Of a DNA stretch of 64,000 nt, positions 56,769 to 64,000 are shown piece after piece. Within the stretch, counting starts at the first letter, position 1. Each line of letters opens with the position of its first letter. The notes under the pieces were generated by a model, which saw only the letters and a program-made list of their open reading frames with translations, ran no database searches and was not told the DNA's origin. The stretch covers positions 1,984,001-2,048,000 of the forward strand of contig OZ244720.1 in assembly GCA_965219085.1 (NCBI GenBank), given 5' to 3'. The DNA is from Dehalococcoidia bacterium. Its GTDB lineage: Bacteria; Chloroflexota; Dehalococcoidia; UBA2979. The position numbers and the translations under genes are program-made.

Positions 56769-59300
56769 ATGACCGCATCACCCACGACCAACGGACAGGC
56801 CAGGCCCCTCGCGGGCATTCGCGTGCTCGACCTCGCCACCGGCTACTGCGAGATCACCGGTCGGCTGCTCGCCGACATGGGCGCCGAGGTGATCAAGATC
56901 GAGCCGCCCGGCGGACACCCCTCGCGCCGTCATCCGCCGTTCGTCGACGGCCGCGAGGGCGAGCTCGCCGGCTCGCTGCACTGGGCCGCCTACGCCATCG
57001 GCAAGCGCAGCATCGTGCTCGACCTCGACGACGAGGTCGACCGCGCGCGGCTGCGCGAGCTCGCGCGCGGCGCCGACGTGCTCGTGGAGTCGCTCGAGCC
57101 GGGCGCGCTCGACGCGCTGGGGCTCGGCTACGCGGACCTGGGCGCGCTCAACCCCGCGTTGGTCTACGCCTCGATCAGCCCGTTCGGGCAGAGCGGCCCG
57201 CACGCGCACCGGCCGGCCACCGACCTCACGTTGCAGGCAGCGGGTGGGCTCGTCTCGATGCAGGGCGACCGCGACCGGCCGCCGATCCCCGTCGGCTTCC
57301 CGCAGGCTGGCCTGCACGCGGGCGTGCAGGCCGCCGCCGACATCGTCGTCGCGCTGAATGAGCGCGACCACTCCGGGCTCGGCCAGCACCTCGACACCTC
57401 GATGCAGGCGTGCATCGTGTGGACGCTGCTCGACGCGACCGGCTACCCGCCGAACGAGGGCGGCGACAAGCCCGGCTACGGCGACGACCGCTCCAACCCC
57501 GTCCCGCGTCGGACGCCCGGGCTCGACTTGCCGACCATGCTCGAGGTGGCCGACGGGTACACGACGAGCTCGATGGGCGCCGGCCCGCAGATGACGAACA
57601 CCGTGAACCAGGCCGTTGCCTGGATGCTGCGAGACGGCCCCGGGTTCCCCGAACACCTCCGCGGCATCGACTGGCAGCACTGGCACGAGGACTGGGCAGA
57701 GCCCGGCGTTGCGCCCGAGAGCGCGCCGCTGGTGAACGAGGCGCTCCAGCACGTCCTCGCCTTCCTGCGCTCCAGGACAAAGGCCGAGCTGCACCCGTGG
57801 TCGCTCGAGAGCAAGGCGCTCGTCGCGAAGATCGCGACGGCCAGGGACCTGCTCGAAGACCCGCAGCTCGAGGCGCGCGACTACTGGCAGCAAGTCGGCG
57901 GGCACACCGTGCCCGGCCCCTTCGTGCGCCTCTCGCGCACGCCGATCGGCTCGGTCGAGCCTGCTCCGGCGCTCGGCGACGGCGCTGCGCTCCTCGACAC
58001 GCCGCGCGCGCTGGCCGTCAACGGCGCGCGATCCTCGAACGGCTCGACCACCCCGGACGGCTCGACCACCTCGGACGGCCGGGGCGGGCGGCGCCCGCGG
58101 ACGTTCGAGGGGCTGAAGGTCGCCGACTTCTCGTGGTACGGCGTGGGGCCGCTCATCGCCAAGGCGCTCGCGGATCACGGGGCGACGGTGGTGCACGTGG
58201 AGTCCGAGCGGCACTTCGACGGCCTGCGCCTGGGGCCGCCATTCAAGGACGGCGAGTTCGACATCAACAAGGCGCAGTTCTTCGCCGACTACAACTCCTC
58301 GAAGCTCGGCATGTCGATCGACCTCTCGCACGAGGTCGGCCGTGAGATCGCGCGCGACCTCACGCAGTGGGCTGACGTCATGGTGGAGAGCTTCACGCCC
58401 GACACGATGGAGCGTCACGGCCTCGACTGGGCCGTGCTCGGCCCCGACCACCCCGACCTCATCATGGTCCGCACCTGCCTCCGAGGGCAGACCGGGCCGG
58501 AGCGCCGCTACACGGGCTTCGGCATGCAGGGCGCGGCACTGGCCGGGCTCCACGCCGTCACCGGCTGGGCGGACCGCCCGCCCGCCGGCCCGTACGGCGC
58601 GTACACCGACTTCATCAACCCGCGCTTCGGGCTCCTCGCCGTCGCGTCCGCGATCTACGAGCGGCGTCGCAGCGGCAGGGGACAGCTCATCGACCTCTCG
58701 CAGGGCGAGGCGGCGATCCACTTCGCCGCGCCGCTCGTGCTCGACTACGCCGCGAACGGCCGCGTCGCCGGACCCGCCGGTCACGACTCGATGACCGACG
58801 CGCCGAACGGCGTCTACGCCTGCCGCGGCGTCGAGCGCTACGTCGCCATCTCGTGCGCGACGACCGGGCAGTGGCGCGCACTGCGCGACCTCGCCGGCCT
58901 CGAGGGCTTCGATGGGGTGGAGTACGAGACGTACGCGGGCCGGCAGGCCGACCGTGCGCGCATCGACGCCGCACTCGCGGCGTGGTGCGCGGACCAGGAC
59001 GGGCACGAGCTGGCGGCGCGGCTCGCCGACGCGGGCGTGCCCGCCTCGGCGGTGCTGCGCGCGACGGACCTCTACGAGGACGCGCAGCTCGCGCACCGCG
59101 GCTTCTTCGTGACGCTCGACCACCCGGCGATGGGCCCGACGCCGTACGACGGCCTCGCGACGCAGTACTCGGGATCGCCCGGCAGGCTCAGCAAGGCCGC
59201 GCCGATGTTCGGCGAAGACACGCACTACGTGCTGACCGAGCTGCTCGGCGCGAGCCCCGAGGACGCGGCGCGCTTCGCTGAGAGCGGCGCGCTCACGTAG
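56769..59300 (+). CDS. Family III CoA-transferase, fused double domain
   Basis: Two CaiB domains joined by an NGSTTPDGSTTSDG linker; Asp (GAYTDF) only in the second domain. Confidence 0.92.
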   Translation: MTASPTTNGQARPLAGIRVLDLATGYCEITGRLLADMGAEVIKIEPPGGHPSRRHPPFVDGREGELAGSLHWAAYAIGKRSIVLDLDDEVDRARLRELARGADVLVESLEPGALDALGLGYADLGALNPALVYASISPFGQSGPHAHRPATDLTLQAAGGLVSMQGDRDRPPIPVGFPQAGLHAGVQAAADIVVALNERDHSGLGQHLDTSMQACIVWTLLDATGYPPNEGGDKPGYGDDRSNPVPRRTPGLDLPTMLEVADGYTTSSMGAGPQMTNTVNQAVAWMLRDGPGFPEHLRGIDWQHWHEDWAEPGVAPESAPLVNEALQHVLAFLRSRTKAELHPWSLESKALVAKIATARDLLEDPQLEARDYWQQVGGHTVPGPFVRLSRTPIGSVEPAPALGDGAALLDTPRALAVNGARSSNGSTTPDGSTTSDGRGGRRPRTFEGLKVADFSWYGVGPLIAKALADHGATVVHVESERHFDGLRLGPPFKDGEFDINKAQFFADYNSSKLGMSIDLSHEVGREIARDLTQWADVMVESFTPDTMERHGLDWAVLGPDHPDLIMVRTCLRGQTGPERRYTGFGMQGAALAGLHAVTGWADRPPAGPYGAYTDFINPRFGLLAVASAIYERRRSGRGQLIDLSQGEAAIHFAAPLVLDYAANGRVAGPAGHDSMTDAPNGVYACRGVERYVAISCATTGQWRALRDLAGLEGFDGVEYETYAGRQADRARIDAALAAWCADQDGHELAARLADAGVPASAVLRATDLYEDAQLAHRGFFVTLDHPAMGPTPYDGLATQYSGSPGRLSKAAPMFGEDTHYVLTELLGASPEDAARFAESGALT

Positions 59301-59388
59301 CAGGCCGCCCATGGACGCCCTGTCTACAATCGGGGCGGCCGGACGCGTCGCGCCGCAGCGGACGCGGCGGGCAGGCGAAGGAGGACCC

Positions 59389-60561
59389 GTGGCGGAGACG
59401 ATGCGAGGGAAGACGGCGATCGTCGGTCTCGCCGAGACCACCTACTACAGGCGCGGTGGCGCCGAGGACGCCGAGTTCAAGCTCGGCCTCCAGGCCGTGC
59501 AGGCGGCCGCCGAGGACGCCGGCATCGACGTCCGCGACATCGACGGCTTCTGTTCCTACAGCAATGACCGCAACGACCCGACGCGCTTCCATTCCGCGCT
59601 CGGCCTGCGGGACCTCAAGTGGTCCTCGATGGTCTGGGGCGGTGGTGGCGGCGGCTGCGCGGGCGCCGTCGCGATGGCCGCCGCGGCGGTACACGCCGGG
59701 ATCGCGACGAACGTCGTGGTCTTCCGCGCGCTCGCGCAGGGCCAGTTCGGGCGCTTCGGCGCCGCGAGCGCGTCCGGGCCGCTGGAGGGCGCGCCCGCGT
59801 ACACGCAGCCGTTCGGGCAGATGTCGCCGGCGCAGTCGTACGCGATGAAGGTCACGCGCTTCATGCACGACCACGGCGTGCAGCAGAGCGCGCTGCGCGC
59901 CGTCTCGCTCGCGAGCTACTACCACGCCCAGCGCAACCCGCGCGCCGTCATGTACGGCCGCCCGCTCGACGAGGAGCGCTACGACAACTCGCGCTGGATC
60001 GTCGAGCCGTTCCACCTCTACGACTGCTGCCAGGAGAACGACGGCGCCGCCGCGGTCATCGTGACCACGGCCGAGCGCGCCCGAGACATGAAGAATAAGC
60101 CCGTCTACATCCTCGCCGGTGGGCAGGGCTCGCAGTACCGGCAGTCGGCGTGGGCGCACAACGCACCCGACTACGGCACCTCGAACTTCAAGAACAACGC
60201 GGCCTCGCTGTTCGACATGGCGCAGGTCAAGCCCGAGGAGGTCGACGTCGCGCAGGTCTACGAGAACTTCACCGGCGGCGTCGTGATGAGCATCGTCGAG
60301 CACGGCCTCATCCCCGTGGAGCAGGCCAACGAGGAGTTCACGCTCGACAACTTCCGGTTCGACGGCGGCAAGCTGCCGCTCAACACCTCGGGCGGCAACC
60401 TCGCCGAGTGCTACATGCACGGCTTCGAGCTGGTGATCGAGGCGGCGCGGCAGGTCCGCGGCGAGTCGACCGCGCAGGTCGACGACCCGGAGATCTCGCT
60501 CGTCGCGGGCGGGCCGATGGTCGAGCCGACGAGCAACCTGCTGCTCGGCGCGCAGGTCTAG
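59389..60561 (+). CDS. SCP-x/thiolase-like protein (Ltp2-type aldolase)
   Basis: AIVGLAET, DCCQENDGAAA, QVYENF, NTSGGNLAECYMHG; RBS aaggagga. Confidence 0.85.
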   Translation: MAETMRGKTAIVGLAETTYYRRGGAEDAEFKLGLQAVQAAAEDAGIDVRDIDGFCSYSNDRNDPTRFHSALGLRDLKWSSMVWGGGGGGCAGAVAMAAAAVHAGIATNVVVFRALAQGQFGRFGAASASGPLEGAPAYTQPFGQMSPAQSYAMKVTRFMHDHGVQQSALRAVSLASYYHAQRNPRAVMYGRPLDEERYDNSRWIVEPFHLYDCCQENDGAAAVIVTTAERARDMKNKPVYILAGGQGSQYRQSAWAHNAPDYGTSNFKNNAASLFDMAQVKPEEVDVAQVYENFTGGVVMSIVEHGLIPVEQANEEFTLDNFRFDGGKLPLNTSGGNLAECYMHGFELVIEAARQVRGESTAQVDDPEISLVAGGPMVEPTSNLLLGAQV

Positions 60562-60575
60562 GGCGGGAGCGAACC

Positions 60576-61046
60576 ATGGCGAACGCAACCAAAGCCGACG
60601 TCGAGGCGGGCGGCAGCTACTTCCCGACGGCCGTCGCCCTCCCGGTGGCGATGGTGGATGGCCTCGACGCGCCGCACTACGAGGGCAAGGAGCGCGGCGA
60701 GCTGTGGGTGCAGTACTGCACCGCCTGCGAGGCGCACCAGTGGGGCCCCGAGTGGATTTGCCACCGCTGCCTCGGCTACGACCTTGAGTGGCGGCAGGTG
60801 GCGGCCGAGGGCCGGATCTTCTCGTGGGAGCGGATCTGGCACCCCGTCCACCCCGACCTCGCCGAGGCGGTGCCGTACGTCGTGGTGCTGATCGAGCTCC
60901 CGCACGCGGACGACATCCGCATGGTCGGCAACCTCCTCGGCGACCCCGAGGAGGAGATCGTCATTGGTTCGGAGGTCGAGGCGGTGTTCGAGCACCACCC
61001 TGATCACGATCCGGCCTACACTCTCGTGCAGTGGTCCCGGACGTAG
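60576..61046 (+). CDS. DUF35 Zn-ribbon/OB-fold protein (ChsH2-like)
   Basis: CTAC..CHRC zinc ribbon, GRIFSW, PYVVVLIEL, RMVGNL. Confidence 0.88.
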   Translation: MANATKADVEAGGSYFPTAVALPVAMVDGLDAPHYEGKERGELWVQYCTACEAHQWGPEWICHRCLGYDLEWRQVAAEGRIFSWERIWHPVHPDLAEAVPYVVVLIELPHADDIRMVGNLLGDPEEEIVIGSEVEAVFEHHPDHDPAYTLVQWSRT

Positions 61047-61135
61047 GGGACGAACGCAGCAAGATGGACGCGCCGGCCGAGGCCTGAGCGCGGCGACCGC
61101 CCCCGGCACACCCCGGGGCGGGAAAGGATGGGGAC

Positions 61136-62296
61136 ATGGACTTCGAGATGCCGGCGGAGGTGCTCGACTTCCGCAAGCAGGTGCAGGACTTCATCGCCTC
61201 GCACCGCACACCCGAACTCGACGCCGAGATCGCCGAGAGCCACATCCACGGCTACGGCCCCGCGTCGCAGGGCTTCATGCGCGCGATGGCGCAGGAAGGC
61301 CTCGCCGCCGTCGCATGGCCCGAGGAGTACGGCGGCCAGGGCAAGGGCGCGCTCTTCCTGTGGACCCTCGCCGAGGAGTGCGCGCGTGAGGACGTGCCGT
61401 TCGACAACCTCACCTTCATCTCCGTCGGCCCGAGCATCATGCGCAACGGCACGGAGGAGCAGAAGCAGGAGATCCTCCCCAAGGTGCTCAGGGGCGAGAT
61501 CAACTTCGCCCTCGGATACACCGAGCCGAACGCCGGCACCGACCTCGCCTCGCTACAGACGCGCGCCGTCCGCGACGGCGACGAGTGGGTGATCAACGGG
61601 CAGAAGATCTACACCTCGTCTGCCCACCTCGCGACGCACGTCTGGCTCGCGGCGCGGACCGAGCCGGATGCGCCGAAGCATCGCGGCATCTCGACCTTCG
61701 TGCTGCCGCTCAACACCCCCGGCATCACCGTTCGCCCGCTGTGGATCATGGGCGAGGGCCGCACCAACGAGACCTTCTGGGAGGACGTGCGTATCCCCGC
61801 CGACTCGCTGATCGGCGAGGAGAACCGCGGCTGGTACATCGTCAGCGGCGCTCTCGACCTCGAGCGTGTGGCCATCGGCACCTACCGCCCGCTCGAGAAG
61901 ACGGTCGAGGACATGGTGGCGCACATCAAGGAGGCGCGGCCCGAGCTCCAGGACGACGCCTTCGCCCGCCAGGCGGTGGCCGACGCGCTCATGCGCGTCG
62001 AGGTCGCCCGCGCGCTCGCGACGAACAACGCCGCGATGGTGCACAGCGACCTGATCCCGACGATGGAAGCCTCGATGGGCAAGGTCTGGACGACGGACTC
62101 CCGCGAGCGCGTGAACGACGCCTTCATGGACATCCTCGGCCGCACCGGCGGGATGCAGGCCGGCGTCGAGGACGCCCCGCTCGACGGCGCGCTCGATGCG
62201 GCGTGGCGCGGTTCCCCGGTGGGACGTTTCGGCGGAGGCACCAACGACATCCAGCGGCGCATCATCGCGACCCGCGGCCTCGGGCTGCCTCGCTAG
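61136..62296 (+). CDS. Acyl-CoA dehydrogenase, alpha subunit of heteromeric type
   Basis: YTEPNAGTDLASL, NGQKIYTS, ALDLER, FGGGTNDIQR. Confidence 0.92.
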   Translation: MDFEMPAEVLDFRKQVQDFIASHRTPELDAEIAESHIHGYGPASQGFMRAMAQEGLAAVAWPEEYGGQGKGALFLWTLAEECAREDVPFDNLTFISVGPSIMRNGTEEQKQEILPKVLRGEINFALGYTEPNAGTDLASLQTRAVRDGDEWVINGQKIYTSSAHLATHVWLAARTEPDAPKHRGISTFVLPLNTPGITVRPLWIMGEGRTNETFWEDVRIPADSLIGEENRGWYIVSGALDLERVAIGTYRPLEKTVEDMVAHIKEARPELQDDAFARQAVADALMRVEVARALATNNAAMVHSDLIPTMEASMGKVWTTDSRERVNDAFMDILGRTGGMQAGVEDAPLDGALDAAWRGSPVGRFGGGTNDIQRRIIATRGLGLPR

Positions 62297-62305
62297 GAGG
62301 ACGAC

Positions 62306-63379
62306 ATGGATATCCGTCTCAGCGAGCTGCAGGAGTTGCTCCGCACCAACGCGCAGGAGTTCTTCGAGCGCGAGGTCACCTTCGAGCGCATCCGCGAGAT
62401 CGAGGCAGCCGACACGCCCGACATGCAACTGTGGGACCAGATGGTCGAGCTCGGCTGGACCTCGCTGCCCATCGCCGAGGAGTACGGCGGTCAGGGCGGC
62501 ACCCTGCTCGACACCTCGATCCTCGTCAACGAGGCCTGCCGCGCCGCCTTGCCGAGCCCCTTCACCTCGACGCTGATCGCGGCCGTTGCCGTGCAGCGCC
62601 ACGGCTCCGAGGACCTCAAGCAAGCTCTGCTGCCGCGCCTCGCCGACGGCCTCGCGATCTCCTCGGCGGTGCTCGAGGCCGACGACGCCATCTACGGCGA
62701 ACCGCAGACGACGTCCGACGGCTCGACCGTCAGCGGCGAGAAGCGCTTCGTCGAGTTCGGCGCGACGAGCGACGTGCACCTGGTCACGGCGACGCGTAAC
62801 GGCTCGCAGGGCATCGCGGTGGTGTCGCGCGACCAGGCCGGCGTGGAGCTGTCGCCCGTCCAGACGATCGGCGCGATTCCCCAGGCCCACGTCCGCTACG
62901 ACGGCGCCGCCGTCGACGGCTGGATCGAGGGCGCGGAGGCCGTCGATGGCCTGCGCGACCTCGGCACGGCGCTCACGGCGTTCGAGGCCTACGCGTACGC
63001 GCAGAAGGCGCTCGACCTCACCATCGACTACGTGCAGCTGCGCGTCCAGTTCGGCCAGCCGCTCGGCGCGTTCCAGGCGGTGCAGATGCACTGCGCCGAC
63101 ATGGCGACGCTCGTCGAAGGCTCGCGCTTCCTCGCGCAGGAGCTGCTATGGAACCTCGACCAGGGCGAGGTGACGCGCCGCGACGTGGCGATCGTGAAGG
63201 CGATCACCTCGAAGATGGCGCCGCAGGTGCTGCAGGACTGCCACATGCTGCACGGCGGCATCGGCTACATGCAGGAGTACGACCTGCACTTCTTCACGCG
63301 GCGCGGCAAGGAAGCCTCGCTGCGCTGGGGCTCCGCCCGCGAGGCGATGAACGTCGTCGTGGACGCCGCCTTCGCGTAG
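62306..63379 (+). CDS. Acyl-CoA dehydrogenase, beta subunit of heteromeric type
   Basis: Shorter, degenerate N-terminal FAD motifs; RVQFGQPLGAFQAVQ, HGGIGYMQEY. Confidence 0.9.
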   Translation: MDIRLSELQELLRTNAQEFFEREVTFERIREIEAADTPDMQLWDQMVELGWTSLPIAEEYGGQGGTLLDTSILVNEACRAALPSPFTSTLIAAVAVQRHGSEDLKQALLPRLADGLAISSAVLEADDAIYGEPQTTSDGSTVSGEKRFVEFGATSDVHLVTATRNGSQGIAVVSRDQAGVELSPVQTIGAIPQAHVRYDGAAVDGWIEGAEAVDGLRDLGTALTAFEAYAYAQKALDLTIDYVQLRVQFGQPLGAFQAVQMHCADMATLVEGSRFLAQELLWNLDQGEVTRRDVAIVKAITSKMAPQVLQDCHMLHGGIGYMQEYDLHFFTRRGKEASLRWGSAREAMNVVVDAAFA

Positions 63380-63454
63380 CGACTGGCAGCACGGACGGCG
63401 GTGGGCAGCGTCGAGCTATTGCGGGAGCGTGGTGCTGCCGTGTCTGTTGATCGG

Positions 63455-64000
63455 ATGACCAACTGGCAGATCGCTGCCCTCGCCCTCTACTCGCTGGGTG
63501 GAGCAACCTCGCGGCAACACCAAGAGGATGTCGCCGTGAAGTGCTATGAGTTTGCCCCTCGGAGATTTCGGTGGGAGAAGTACGAGTACCCGAACCTCGA
63601 TATCGTCGGCAAGGCGCTGCGTGACGCGAAGCACGTCAAGAATGGCAGCCTTGTCAGTGGCGATAAGCGCCTTGGCTGGCTCCTGAGTCCTGCTGGTGTC
63701 GACTGGGCATCCCGGAATGGGCCAGCTGGTCGGGACATGGACGACGGCGGCTCGTCTGTACTGCCTGCGGCCGAGGGCAGAGAGTTGCGGCTACTGAAGT
63801 CACACCAACTGTTCGGGGGGTGGGAGGCCGGGAGCGAAGCGGTGTCCGTCTTCCTGGTAGCCGACGCAGTCGGCCTCACGGCAGACGCGCCGATTCAATC
63901 GATCGCGCGGCGCATCACGGAGCTGCAAAGCGCCGCCCGAGCCGGGCGGCAACGCGATGTGGAAGGATTCTTGAGATGGCTCATGGACAGCCTGAACGCG
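63455..64000 (+). CDS. Hypothetical protein, possible winged-helix N-terminus; runs off the right edge
   Basis: Manual translation MTNWQIAALALYSLGG..HQEDVAVKCYEFAPRRFRWEKYEYPNLD..LRDAK..GWLLSPAGVDW; lower GC3 than neighbours. Confidence 0.65.
   Translation, partial: MTNWQIAALALYSLGGATSRQHQEDVAVKCYEFAPRRFRWEKYEYPNLDIVGKALRDAKHVKNGSLVSGDKRLGWLLSPAGVDWASRNGPAGRDMDDGGSSVLPAAEGRELRLLKSHQLFGGWEAGSEAVSVFLVADAVGLTADAPIQSIARRITELQSAARAGRQRDVEGFLRWLMDSLNA

Overview
This is a very GC-rich bacterial chromosomal window. Its gene content suggests Chloroflexota/Dehalococcoidia (inference only): many CaiB-type CoA-transferases, a Tat-exported family-5 solute-binding protein, an F420-type LLM oxidoreductase and several leaderless genes. 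The left third is a patchwork of accessory genes and fragments: an OmpR/BaeS-type two-component system with a Gly/Glu/His-rich two-domain lipoprotein, a COG4280-like permease, a fused CoA-transferase, a peptide-type ABC system, an MFS transporter, an orphan Fe3+-binding protein and an esterase + Baeyer-Villiger monooxygenase pair. The standout locus is 18.9-30.3 kb, a single guanidine-to-ammonia operon: guanidine-type ABC transporter, GdmH-like guanidine hydrolase, ureABC and ureFGD, with no hypAB or ureE. It is preceded by an 11-bp-periodic GlnR-like operator array and what looks like a truncated guanidine-I riboswitch. The operon is decaying, with IS3 and IS1380 insertions carrying target duplications, a deletion, a nonsense codon and motif-destroying substitutions. 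The right half holds housekeeping and catabolic genes: class II aldolase, lepB, pyrE, GNAT, CtaG, a PhoBR-like pair, sulfite reductase + APS reductase, DUF72, M14/M20 hydrolases and CnoX. It also carries a ~10 kb acyl-CoA catabolic cluster with split and fused CoA-transferases, Ltp2-like + DUF35 genes and a heteromeric acyl-CoA dehydrogenase pair. Single-base frameshifts also hit housekeeping genes (lepB, pyrE), so some indels are probably assembly errors. No rRNA, tRNA or CRISPR array was seen.
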